This document shows positions 1 through 10,062 of a stretch of DNA of 64,000 nt, in pieces. How positions within the stretch are numbered: position 1 is the first letter of the stretch; each line of letters begins with the position of its first letter. Made by a program: the position numbers and the translations under genes. Under the pieces are notes generated by a model. It was not told where the DNA came from. It was given only the letters and a program-made list of their open reading frames with translations, and did no database searches. The stretch lies in the NCBI GenBank assembly GCA_963829055.1, contig CAWHHI010000003.1:448001-512000 (forward strand), in the 5' to 3' direction. This stretch comes from an uncultured Gemmatimonadaceae bacterium. GTDB taxonomy: Bacteria > Gemmatimonadota > Gemmatimonadetes > Gemmatimonadales > Gemmatimonadaceae.

Positions 1-507
1 CTGGAGCTCCAGATCGAACGTGAGCGTTCCGGTCTTGCTGTAGCCCAGCACAGGCTGCGTGGCGAGCGAGAGACTTCCCCCGGGCATGCCGATTCCGCCA
101 GCCGCGCTCTGCGTGAACGCGGTGAATGCCGTCGGCGCCCCAGGAGTTCCCGCCGTCAGCACACGTCCCTTGAGCCAACTCGATGGAATGGACGCAGGCC
201 CGCTGGTCATCGCCGCCGACGGATCACTGAAATAGCCGATCACCTGCACCGACCCCGTGGACGGGTGCAGATCCCATGTGAGCGTGATGCCGACAGGGAA
301 AGGGAACGAGGTGGCGACGTCGTCCGAGACGCTGCCGAGCGCCTGGATCGCGCCTGCGTTGACACTCACTGCGATAGACCCGGTAATCTCCGCACTCGCC
401 GTCGGGAGCGCACTGACAGTCGATCGCACGCCCGCCTGCGCGCCCGCGGCTCCGGTGAGGAGCATCGAACCGACGAACGCAGGAATGCACGACCGCACGA
501 ACCGCAT
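1..507 (-). CDS. Secreted pilin-like subunit, paralog of 1263..1841; 3' end runs off the window
   Basis: Hand translation from ATG at 507: MRFVRSCIPAFVGSMLLTGAAGAQ (signal peptide)...ITLTWDLHPSTGSVQVIGYFSDPSAAMT...LKGRVLTAGTPGAPTAFTAFTQSA...DLELQ, colinear with 1263..1841. Absent from the ORF track because there is no stop in the window. Confidence 0.75.
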   Translation of the reverse strand, partial: MRFVRSCIPAFVGSMLLTGAAGAQAGVRSTVSALPTASAEITGSIAVSVNAGAIQALGSVSDDVATSFPFPVGITLTWDLHPSTGSVQVIGYFSDPSAAMTSGPASIPSSWLKGRVLTAGTPGAPTAFTAFTQSAAGGIGMPGGSLSLATQPVLGYSKTGTLTFDLELQ

Positions 508-540
508 GAATGGGCGACGAGAGGCGAGGTGGCGGTGCGA

Positions 541-1260
541 CTACGCGCTGATCAGTTCAGATCGCTTGCGTCGCTCCTCCACAGTGAAGTTCGCGAAGCG
601 GAGAATGAGTTTCTCGGGAGTGAGGTCATCACTCCATGGAATCTCGAGCACGCGGCGGCTATGTGGAAACAGTGGGAACGCGCCGCCCGGGGTCGGCTTT
701 TTTCCGCCGACGCTCACCTCGCTGCTGAGCACTCGCCCTAACGCGGCGCTGGAATTCTCCAGCTCAACGTGAACCCGTTTTGCGGCCGAGTCGAAGTCGA
801 ACGCGTGAACGATCACGTCGGCTTGTCGCAGCGGCTGCGGCTGGAGCATGTACACGACGTGCGGCAGCTCGATGCGGACATTGAGGCCCGTCTGCGTCCG
901 CGCTCCCGTTAGGGTGCTGCTGATGAGGAACCACGACGGAAAACTCTTGGCGGTCGCCTCGTAGAACACGGTGTAGGTCTCGCGCGGCGGAATGCGAAAG
1001 CTCATCGCCGAGATCTTGACCCGCATGCGCGTGGTATCGAGCGGTTCCTCGATCAGCTCACCAGTCGGCTCCACGTGAAAACCACGCGGCTCGAGCACCA
1101 CGGTCAGCGGGAACAACGTCTCGTTGACGAGCTCGAACTTGCCACGCGCCTGTTCGGAAAACTCGACGACCGCCGGGCGCACGGTCTGCGCCTCCAGCGG
1201 TCGTACGATACCAGCGGTCATCACGATTGCGGCGAATCGAGCTCCGCCAGCCCACGTCAT
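541..1260 (-). CDS. Periplasmic pilus chaperone-like protein (PapD/EcpB-like fold, inferred)
   Basis: C-terminal 239 aa of ORF 541..2019; ATG at 1260 follows the pilin stop. Signal peptide ...LEAQ, then beta-rich segments FELVNETLFPLTV, FRIPPRETYTV and VELENSS typical of fimbrial chaperones; lies between two pilin-like genes. Confidence 0.6.
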   Translation of the reverse strand: MTWAGGARFAAIVMTAGIVRPLEAQTVRPAVVEFSEQARGKFELVNETLFPLTVVLEPRGFHVEPTGELIEEPLDTTRMRVKISAMSFRIPPRETYTVFYEATAKSFPSWFLISSTLTGARTQTGLNVRIELPHVVYMLQPQPLRQADVIVHAFDFDSAAKRVHVELENSSAALGRVLSSEVSVGGKKPTPGGAFPLFPHSRRVLEIPWSDDLTPEKLILRFANFTVEERRKRSELISA

Positions 1261-1262
1261 CA

Positions 1263-1841
1263 CTATTGGGTAACCGCGCGAAGATTGAGCGTGCCGGTGT
1301 ACGTACCAGGGGTCGTCGTCTGCCCCGTGAGATCGAGCTGCAACTCGAGGTCGATCGTACGGGTCGACTTCTTGTTCGCCCCCGTAATGGTCTCGGTGAA
1401 CAACGTTAGGCTCCCGCTCGCCGTTCCAACGCCGCCAACCGCGCTCTGCGTGAACGCCGTGAACGATGCGGGCGCGCCCGGCGTGGCGGCGGTCGTCACG
1501 CGGCCCTTCACTTGGGTCGTCGCAATGTTGAACGTGCCGTTCGTGAGTGCAGCCGCGGCGCTCGAGAAGTAGCCGACGAGCGACACCGACGCGGCCGACG
1601 GATTGATATCCCAGCTGGTCGTGATGTTCACGGCCGACGGGAAGTTGTTCGTGGCGTTGTCGGTGATGCTCGCGATGCTCTGCGTGCCCCCCGAGTTCAC
1701 CGCGACAGTCAGCGAGGTCGCCTTCACGGCGCTCAACGACACGTTGGCGACGTTCGACGTCAGACCGGCTTGGGCCGAAGCCTTCGCGGAAACCAGCGCG
1801 AACGTCGCAACGGCGACGGGAAGAATGCGGAGTCGAATCAT
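1263..1841 (-). CDS. Major pilin-like secreted subunit (chaperone-usher type)
   Basis: Signal peptide ...ASAQ, Thr/Ser/Ala/Gly-rich beta protein, C-terminal PGTYTGTLNLRAVTQ resembling the G-x-Y-x-G-alternating final strand of CS1/Csu-class pilins. Confidence 0.65.
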   Translation of the reverse strand: MIRLRILPVAVATFALVSAKASAQAGLTSNVANVSLSAVKATSLTVAVNSGGTQSIASITDNATNNFPSAVNITTSWDINPSAASVSLVGYFSSAAAALTNGTFNIATTQVKGRVTTAATPGAPASFTAFTQSAVGGVGTASGSLTLFTETITGANKKSTRTIDLELQLDLTGQTTTPGTYTGTLNLRAVTQ

Positions 1842-2511
1842 TCAGCGAGTACCTGTCAGAGGGTGGCAGAGACCGGCGCACAGTGCGCAAGTCATTGTGC
1901 TGGAGCGCACAAAACCGGGCTGATCCGTTCCGCTCCACCCGCGCCGTTGACGAACGATCTGTGCCGCCGTCACCCTGCTCGACACTGTACTGGAACGCGA
2001 CATCGGGTCGGACGCCCACGAATCGGCGCCCGTGACGACTGGAAATTCATCCTGCGGATCGTCGTCGCGCTAACTGGTTGTCGCGTTCCCCGACACCGCG
2101 TCACGAGCGCTCGACGTTCGATCGCAAACTCAAGCGCGGCAACGCGTTCAAGTTTTTGAGCCGATCTGCCGATACTGCGATCTTTTTGTCGACTGTGAGG
2201 GGTCCAGGTGGGTCGCGATTCCGGCACAATCGAGCGCCGCAGCATCACGTTTTACCGCGGTCACGGAGTGCCACGTGGGACCATTTCTTCGATGCCCACT
2301 CCGCTCATGTCGACCACGAGCCGGCACAACGGCGACGTTGCAATCCGCAAGAAGCCAGTGATTCTGCAATGTCACCGCGCGGGTACGATGCGACTTCGGG
2401 AGTGCGACTCGCGAACGCAGCAGAACCGCGCTATCGTCGCCACGTCATCGGGCTCGGCACTGCGCGCGAATCTTGCGCAGAAGCGCCCTGTACCTTCCCT
2501 CGAGGAATTCA

Positions 2512-2886
2512 ATGATGGCGACAGCATCGAAGTCGTCAGGCGGGAAATCGCGCAGCAAGTCGACGGCAGCGTCGAAGGCCGGTGCAGCGCGAGGCAAGAC
2601 CAGTAAGGCCAGCACGAAGACCGGTACGAAGACCAGCGCGAAGCCAGCGACGAAAGCCTCAGCTGGCACGAAGCGAAAGAACGCTCCGAAGGTCGTCTCG
2701 CGCTCCAAGGCGAAGAAGTCAGCGGCAAAGCGGCCGGCGAAGCGAGCTGCCAGGAAGCAGTCTCCCGTAACGCGCATCAAGCGTGTCGCCAACGCAGTAC
2801 TTCAGCAGGGCGCGACCGCCGCGAAGCAGAGTGTCGAGGCAGTCGAGCGTCTCGTCGAGGGCGTGAAGGACCGCGTCACGACCTGA
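2512..2886 (+). CDS. Lys/Ala/Ser-rich histone H1-like basic protein
   Basis: GAGG at 2502 then ATG; KASTKTGTKTSAKPATKA...AKKSAAKRPAKRAARK low-complexity basic region plus a C-terminal amphipathic helix. Confidence 0.7.
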   Translation: MMATASKSSGGKSRSKSTAASKAGAARGKTSKASTKTGTKTSAKPATKASAGTKRKNAPKVVSRSKAKKSAAKRPAKRAARKQSPVTRIKRVANAVLQQGATAAKQSVEAVERLVEGVKDRVTT

Positions 2887-2921
2887 TCACGGCAGGGCTT
2901 TATCGGAGTTCCATGCTCGGG

Positions 2922-2946
2922 CGGGACGGCGTTGTCCGCCGTCCCG
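2922..2946. terminator. GC hairpin between convergent genes
   Basis: CGGGACGGCG-TTGTC-CGCCGTCCCG, a perfect 10-bp stem. Confidence 0.55.
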
Positions 2947-2980
2947 TTCGGCCATCACGGGGACCGTTGGCGCGTCGCAC

Positions 2981-3899
2981 TTACCCGACCGACCGTTCCT
3001 CGCGACCCCGCGGAGCGTGCGTGCTCAACCAACTGGCGACGGCGGCGAAGATCGCATCTCGGCCGTAGTCGACGGTGATGATGTGGCCGTTCCCCTCTGT
3101 CCAGACGAGTTGACGCTCGCTCGCCGTGAACAGGGCGAACGCGCGCTCGGCGGCGTCCGCCGGGATGCGGTGGTCCTGGCGTGATTGAACGACGAGCGTT
3201 GGTGCGGAGACCTTCGGTGCCGCTTTGCGGGCGCGCTCGACGACGCGGGCGAGCTCGAACACGAGGCGCGGTGTTGTGAAACCGTAGGCGAGGTTGCGAG
3301 CGACTTCGGCCGGGTCTCGTATGGACCGCTCACCTCCGCCGCGGAGATACGGAAGCGGCACGCCGAGGACGTGGTGAAAGAGAGCGGCACGACGCAGCCG
3401 CGTGGGCATGCTGAGGTACGGCGCGAGCAACACCAGGGCTGCCAAGTCCGACATCTCGGCTGCGAGGATCGTCGCGAGCGAACCCCCCATCGAGAGACCG
3501 ATTACCGAGACCGTTTCGTAGCGGGACCGGAGCGACTCCACTTCCGCGCGCGCGGACTCGATCCAGTCGTCGGCGCGGCTCGCGGCGAAGTCGGTGAGCG
3601 TCCGCCCATGACCCGGCAGGAGCGGCGCTCGCACCGTCCAGCCCTGTGCGTTGATCGCCTGCGCGAGATACCCGAGCGTCTGCGGCGTGTCGCCGAAGCC
3701 ATGAAGCATCAACACGGCGGCACCGCCCGTCCGCGGGCAGGTCGATGGGTGCGGCCCCGAAAACGATACCATCGGGCCGCAGCGTTAGGCGCGTCCCGAC
3801 ATCCGCGTGAGCCCGCGTCGTCGTCCGCGAGCGCAGCATGAGGACGCCGGCGGCGACGAGCACGAATGCGAGGAGCACGAACGCGACGAGCGCGATCAC
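2981..3899 (-). CDS. Membrane-anchored alpha/beta-hydrolase (carboxylesterase), frameshift near 3740
   Basis: LHGFGDTP, GLSMGG nucleophile elbow, catalytic His in GNGH; hydrophobic N-terminus MIALVAFVLLAFVLVAAG lies in another frame (3330..3899). Confidence 0.8.
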
Positions 3900-3924
3900 G
3901 CTCCCTCGCGATCCGTCACGCGCG

Positions 3925-5119
3925 TCAGTACGTCGGAACGGATGCGTCGACCTCCTCGCTCCACCGGTCTATGCCTCCTGACAGGTTCCAGACGCGATCA
4001 AAACCTTGCGCGACAAGGTGCTCGCCGGCAGCAAGACTCCGGGACCCGTGGTGGCAATAGAGAACGATGTCGCGATCGCGGGCGAGCTCCGCCACGGACA
4101 TGCCGATGCGGCCCAGCGGAATGAGGCGCGCTCCCTCGATCCGAGCAATCCGCCATTCGTACGGCTCGCGCACGTCAATGAGATCGATCGCGTCGCCGCG
4201 ACGTAGCCGCTCGGACAGTTCTCGCGGCGCGATGTCGCGGACAGTGTCCGAGCGCGTGGCATCGCGAGACGACGGCGTTCCGCAGAACTCGTCGTAGTCG
4301 ATCAGCGCCGTCAGCTCGCGCGTGCCGCACGCGGGACAGTCGGGATCTCGGCGAAGCTGGATGGTTCGGAAGTGCATTCGCAACGCATCCACCAGCAGCA
4401 GTCGGCCGGCGAGCGTGTCACCCACGCCGAGGATCAACTTGATCGCCTCGGTCGCCTGGATGGTGCCGATGAGACCCGGAAGCACGCCCAGCACCCCCGC
4501 CTCCGCACAACTCGGGACGAGCCCCGGAGGCGGCGGCTCTCGAAAGAGACAGCGGTAGCACGGTCCGTTGGGCGTGGCGAACACAGATGCTTGGCCTTCA
4601 AAGCGAAGGACGCTGCCGTAGACGTTCGGACGGCCGAGCAGGACGCAGGCGTCGTTCGTCAGATACCGCGTCTTGAAATTGTCGGTGCCGTCGATGACGA
4701 CGTCGTATGCGCCAATGACCTCGAGCGCATTCGACGCCGTGAGCTCCGCGTCGATCGTCTCGACGTGCACCAGCGGATTGATGGCCTGCAGCCGAGCGCG
4801 CGCCGATGCCGTTTTTCGCGAGCCGATACCGTGCGTATCGTGCAGCACCTGTCGTTGGAGGTTGCTGAGATCGACGTCATCGAAATCGGCGATTCCGAGT
4901 CCGACCGACGCCCGCCGCAGCAAGGTAGAGCGCGGCGGGCGAGCCCAGGCCGCCCGCCCCGACGATGAGCACACTCGCCTGCTTCAGTCGACGCTGGCCG
5001 CTCTCACCAACCTCCGTCAGACCAATATGCCGACTGTACCGGACGAGCTCTTCGGGCTCGAGCTGACTCTCCGGTGAGATTGCGTCGACGAACGAGGATT
5101 TGGGCATCGCGCGAGACAT
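3925..5119 (-). CDS. moeB: Molybdopterin-synthase adenylyltransferase MoeB/MoeZ with C-terminal rhodanese domain, frameshift near 4900
   Basis: [39 protein letters not shown] in one frame; [21 protein letters not shown] and rhodanese YCHHGSRS in the other. Confidence 0.9.
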
Positions 5120-5233
5120 ACGCCGTGGTGAATGGCGGGGAGGCCAGGCGGGAGCCCCAATATACTCCCGCGCGCGACGGCGTCTGTGCGCAATGGTGTG
5201 TCGGCTGCCGGGCCCGGGCCGGGCCGCGGCGAA

Positions 5234-5977
5234 CTAGTCGCGCACGGCGAGGGGGATCTCGCCCGTGACGGTCAGCGGGACCTCGCCATCGAGTCGGCTG
5301 TTGTCGAGCCGCTCAGTGAGCGCGCTCACCGACGGAATGTAGATCGTGGTGCCACTGCGTTCGGCAAGGCCCTCGGCGACCAATCGTGTGAGCACGAGCG
5401 ACACCGACTCTCGCGTGGCTCCGACTAGCTCGCAGAGCAACTTGTACTGCGCCGAGCCCAAGGCGATGCGACCATCGTCAGTCGTGAAGACGCGCGAACG
5501 AGCGAGGTGAACCAAAGACGAGATCAGGCGTTGTTCGACACTGAGTGTTGCCAGCTCGCGGAGCTTCTCGAGCAGGGCGGTTCGCTCATCCACCATTTGC
5601 CCCATGAGAGACAACGCGTGCTGTGGCCGCTCGCGAACGAATTGTCGGAACCGAGCGCTGCTGAGATGCAGGGTGTCTGATTCCTCATCGGCGCGTGCGT
5701 CAGTCGCGTAACGCGCGTTGACGGCCAGCCCTTCCCATCCGAAGGTCTCTCCCTCACGCGCGAGCGCTGGCACGAACGCCCGACCAGCTTTCACGCGACT
5801 CCGGAGGACGATACGACCACGCAGGACGATGAACATTCCGTCCGCAAACGCGCCGCGCTGATAGACGACGAACCCCGCGGGCCAGGTCGCCTTCGCGGCG
5901 TACGCAGCGACGGCTTCCGCTACGTCTGCCGGCAATCGTTTGTCCCGTCGCTTCACTTCTGTATCCAGCAACTTCAT
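5234..5977 (-). CDS. Crp/Fnr-family transcriptional regulator
   Basis: cNMP-type domain (VVYQRG..DGMFIVLRG..GETFG), SVEQRL helix, HTH LCELVGATRESVSLVLTRL. Confidence 0.85.
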   Translation of the reverse strand: MKLLDTEVKRRDKRLPADVAEAVAAYAAKATWPAGFVVYQRGAFADGMFIVLRGRIVLRSRVKAGRAFVPALAREGETFGWEGLAVNARYATDARADEESDTLHLSSARFRQFVRERPQHALSLMGQMVDERTALLEKLRELATLSVEQRLISSLVHLARSRVFTTDDGRIALGSAQYKLLCELVGATRESVSLVLTRLVAEGLAERSGTTIYIPSVSALTERLDNSRLDGEVPLTVTGEIPLAVRD

Positions 5978-6077
5978 ATCTCACAGCAGCTGACGAGAAG
6001 ATGATAGCTGCAATGTCCGTTCCGTCTGGACAGGTCGTGTGTTCGACGCTTGCTTTGAACAGCAACTTCCTCTCTAC

Positions 6078-7848
6078 ATGCCCGCCTCCACACCAACGGT
6101 TGATCGCCGCTCGATTCCCGCGGTGGCGATCATCGGCAACGATGCTGTGCTAGTGGCTGCGCCGGCGACGCCGGTGCAGTTGTCGCACGCCTGTCTGCGT
6201 CGTGGATTCTCGGTTGCTGTACCGGCAAGTTGGGGTGACGAGTTGATCGCCGCCGAGGCCATGCGGAAGCTCGCGTCGCGAGACAAAGGACCAGCCGTGA
6301 TGTGCGTGTGCCCTTACGCGCGGTCACGCTTGCTCACGCCAGGCCCCGATCTCGAGCCGTTCCTCGTCTCGCTCGTCGCGCCGCCGGTGGCCACGGCACG
6401 CTACCTCCGCGCCGTGTACGGCGAGCGCGGAGTACACATCACGTACATCGGCTCGTGCCCCAGCGCGAACGACCCGGCGATCGATGAGCGCCTAACGCCC
6501 GACGCGTTTCTGGCCGACCTCGCTGAGCGAGGGATCGCGCTCTCCGAGCAGCCGCTCGTGTTCGACTCGATCGTTCCGCCGGACCGCCGTCGTTGGTGTT
6601 CGCTGGCTGGCGGGGTACCGAGTGGCGAAATGCCCGGCAGTGACGCGGACACCCGCACGCTCATCGAGATCGAGCGCGACGATGTGTCCACGGATCTCGC
6701 GCAGCATATCATCGCCCGTGAGAACGTGCTGCTCGATCTCGCACCGGGTCTCGGCTGCGCGTGCAGCGGGGCGATCGGCCCTCTGAGGCCGCGCGGTGCT
6801 CGCGCGGCCGTCACCGCCCTCGAGCCACCTCGCGCGCTCGGCCCCGTCGTTGACCTCACGGTCGTCGTAGCCCTGGATGCGCCGCTCTCGGCGCCGGTGA
6901 TTGCACCGACTGCCAGCTCGCCGGCGGTCTCCCGCGAGACGCACACCGACCTCCTCGAGCGGCAGCTGGACGAGATGCTGGGGGTCGAAGCGAGTCACCC
7001 GGAGATGAAGCGCGCGTTGGACGCGGAGTTCGAAGCCGAACTGGACGCAGACCTCGCCGAGGTCTTTCTCGCGGCTGGCCGTCCCGCCGAAGCACCACAT
7101 CATCCGGAATCACTGGCGTCGGAATCGGAATTGCCGCTTGAGCCGTCCGTTGTCCCCGGGTCAGGAGACCCGCGGGGCGGCATAGGGACGACCGCGTTCA
7201 GTCCGACGGAGGACGTTAGCGACGCTGCGGTTGCGGACCGCGACGTCGAGAGTCGCGACATCGTTGGGAGTCACGTGGAAGCGCCAAGGCATCACGTGCG
7301 TCGTCGAACGCCGCCGTCAACGCCCTCGCGCTACGCGGGCAACAGCGTTCCGACGGCGACGGGAACGGATGGGCGGCCGCTACCACGTGCGTACGTCGCG
7401 AAGCGGCGGACGCCTTCCGTGGGAATCCCAACTATTGATGAGTCCCTGCCCCCCGTGACTGACACTGCGCCTTCGCCAGACGAGCAGGCCGCTGTGGGGC
7501 CCCCTCCGTTCGAGGACATGGCATCATTGGCTGCAGCAGACGCTATCACAGGCGAGGTGCCCGCATCCACAGGGTCGCCGAGAGCCGAGAGCGAGGAGGT
7601 TGCCGCCACCGTCAGTGACATCGCGGATTCATCTGCAGCCGCAGCGAGTTGATCCACCTTCAGCAGAGTCGGGTGAGCGTACCGAATCAGGCGGGGCGCC
7701 GCGTGTCGAGCCGCCTGCCGGCCCTCAGGTCAGCTCGAGCGGCGCCGCCGCTGCCGCGGCTCTGCCGAATCAGGACATATTGAGGATGCTGACATTCGCC
7801 GTGTTGCTGGCGTTTGCGGCCGTCGTGTTGTACACGCTGCAGCCCTGA
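6078..7848 (+). CDS. Degenerate [FeFe]-hydrogenase/Nar1-like Fe-S domain with long acidic Pro-rich linker and probable C-terminal membrane anchor (frameshift near 7640)
   Basis: Motif order GF..AV...GDELIA / VMCVCP / P...FLVSLVAPPVATARYLR / TYIGSCP / IDERLT / AGG / LDLAPGLGCACSG parallels the Fe_hyd_lg_C pattern. ORF 7600..7848 supplies a hydrophobic tail. Confidence 0.55.
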
Positions 7849-7901
7849 GCGTCCTCAGCAACATCTGCTGGAGCGTGAGCGGTCCGCCGCGTGTGCGTCA
7901 C

Positions 7902-10031
7902 CTAACGCCGAACCGATTGCGTCGCGTCGTCGAGCGCCGCCGTAGCCGCGTCGAAGCGTCGCGCCAGATCTTCGATCTCGCCCTGTACCAGTGTAGCGTC
8001 ACCAGTTCGTATGGCCTCGTTCACCGACGGGAACACGATGTTCGCGTACCCGTTGTTCTCGTCCGCGGCGTAAATGAGGTTGCGATACCACGGGCGCGTT
8101 TTCAGCCCCTGTGGTCGCGTGAGCGCCCGCTCGACGCGAAGCAGCGCGGCATTCGTGGTTCGACGTGTGGCTGCGGCCAGCGGGCGCGCCAGCGCTGAAT
8201 CGCGCGCCGACGCGAACGTGGCTGCGCTCTTCTCCATACGATCGATAGCCGTTGCGAGCACCGAGCTCGAGACGCGCCACTGACGAGACGCGATGCCCTT
8301 GTCGACGGCTGGCAGATAGCGGCGCATCGTTCGCGCGTACTCGACGTAGTCGTAGGGCACGATGTCGGCATTCGCGAGGCGAAGCGCCATTGCTGCACCG
8401 AGGCGGGCCGCGGTCGCGTGGTAGCGGTATCCGCTGTCGCCGAACGTTTCCATCCAATGGCGACTGTCATAGGCGGAGTGGTACACACCGCCTGCACCAC
8501 CGAATCCCCAGTCGGCGTGCGGAATGCCGAGGTGGTTATAGAAGCCGGCGAAGTCGGAGCCGCCGCCGGGATCGCCCATTTCGGGCTCGGCCGAGTCCGC
8601 AACGTTCGAGGCGCGTCGCCAGACGTCGTAGACACTGCCCTTCCCGTTAGGATCTGCGACCAATCGCGCAATCGATCGCACTGTCGCACGCAGTGACGGA
8701 GACCCGCCGGCTCCGAAGCTGGGGCCTTGCGCGGCGACGTCCTGATTCAGGTAGGCCACTGCGCCGCGCAACAGCCGAAGGCTGTCGTCCTCGACGTACT
8801 CGGTCGATCCGACCAACCCCCATTCCTCGGCATCCCAAGTAGCGAACACGATCGTGCGCTTGGGACGAATGCCGCGCTTGGCCAACTCGGCGACCGCGCG
8901 CGCGGACTCGAGTACGCTGACCGTGCCACTGACGTTGTCCGCGGCGCCGGGACCCCACGCGTCCCGGTGCCCTCCGATGACGATCATCTCATCTGGAAAC
9001 TCGGTGCCTCGAATGATCCCGAACGTGTCCCAGATGGTCTTGTATGGCGCCGTGGCCGTGTCGGTCATTACCGCCACGCGGGCGGAGACCGGGCCCGGTC
9101 CGACATGATACCGGAACGGGAGGCCACCCTGCCACGGCTGTGGAATGCGCGTGCCGCGAACGTCGCGCAGCAACTCGGCGGCGTTGCCGTACGAGATTGG
9201 GACGACGGGAATCCGCGACACGCCCGCCTCTGCGAGCGGGATGCGCTTCGCGCCCGCTCGGCTCGGCGTGCCGGGTGTCGTCGGATCACCAGCGCCGTTG
9301 AAGACGCTGCCGCGCTGGATGCCCTGTGACGGCCGCATGGGACCGGCGGGGTACACGTCCCCACGGACGAAGCCGTCGTCCGCCGGATCGCTGTAGATGA
9401 GCAGCGCCACCGCTCCGTGGCGTTCCGCCTCGCGCGCCTTGATCCCACGGAATGAACGGCCATAGCGCGCGACGGCGACCTTGCCCCGGACGGACACGCC
9501 TAACGAGTCGAGTGTGGCGTAATCCTCGATCAATCCGTAGTTCACGTAGACCACTTCGGCGGTGACGTCGCCGCTCCCACCGTAGCCATTGATGGGCGGT
9601 ACCTCGGGCATCGACGAGGTCGAGTCGCCCGCGACGGGCCCTTCGGTGAGCGCGAGCTCGCGAGCATCGGGTGACACGCGCCAGACGCGAATGCTCGTCG
9701 GATGCGGCATCCAGACCTGGTATGCACGGACCTCGGTCTCCAGACCCCACGATCGCATGCGGTCGATGACGTAGTCGCGCGTGCGCGCCTGTGCCGGAGT
9801 GCCCGACATGTGCGGTTCGCGAGACAGCGCTCGCGAATACTCCGCCGCGTTCGTCGGCGAGGGTAGTGCGATCGCATCCGCCTCTGTCCGACGTTCCACG
9901 CCGGCGTTCGCCGCCCCATACCCAGGGATGGCCGGCGGCGACTGCGTGCGCGCCGCAACGATGGCGAGCGCGAGCACGGACGTCAGTGCGCCGCGCGGAG
10001 AAAGGAGGCGGACCGCGAAGTTGGCAGCCAT
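7902..10031 (-). CDS. M28 glutamate carboxypeptidase II-like peptidase (PA and TfR-dimerisation domains)
   Basis: YVNYG, RYGRSFRG, IYSDP, GGHRDAW..GAADN.SG, WDAEEWGLVGSTE, GGSD, YHSAYD. Confidence 0.92.
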   Translation of the reverse strand: MAANFAVRLLSPRGALTSVLALAIVAARTQSPPAIPGYGAANAGVERRTEADAIALPSPTNAAEYSRALSREPHMSGTPAQARTRDYVIDRMRSWGLETEVRAYQVWMPHPTSIRVWRVSPDARELALTEGPVAGDSTSSMPEVPPINGYGGSGDVTAEVVYVNYGLIEDYATLDSLGVSVRGKVAVARYGRSFRGIKAREAERHGAVALLIYSDPADDGFVRGDVYPAGPMRPSQGIQRGSVFNGAGDPTTPGTPSRAGAKRIPLAEAGVSRIPVVPISYGNAAELLRDVRGTRIPQPWQGGLPFRYHVGPGPVSARVAVMTDTATAPYKTIWDTFGIIRGTEFPDEMIVIGGHRDAWGPGAADNVSGTVSVLESARAVAELAKRGIRPKRTIVFATWDAEEWGLVGSTEYVEDDSLRLLRGAVAYLNQDVAAQGPSFGAGGSPSLRATVRSIARLVADPNGKGSVYDVWRRASNVADSAEPEMGDPGGGSDFAGFYNHLGIPHADWGFGGAGGVYHSAYDSRHWMETFGDSGYRYHATAARLGAAMALRLANADIVPYDYVEYARTMRRYLPAVDKGIASRQWRVSSSVLATAIDRMEKSAATFASARDSALARPLAAATRRTTNAALLRVERALTRPQGLKTRPWYRNLIYAADENNGYANIVFPSVNEAIRTGDATLVQGEIEDLARRFDAATAALDDATQSVRR

Positions 10032-10062
10032 GAGGGTCGAGTCGTGGGTTCGTTAGGGAGCG

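Noticed and set aside
2221..2329. Direct repeat CCGGCACAA at 2221 and 2321 as an operator or sigma-54 site
   Set aside because: Short and GC-rich; lacks GG-N10-GC spacing.
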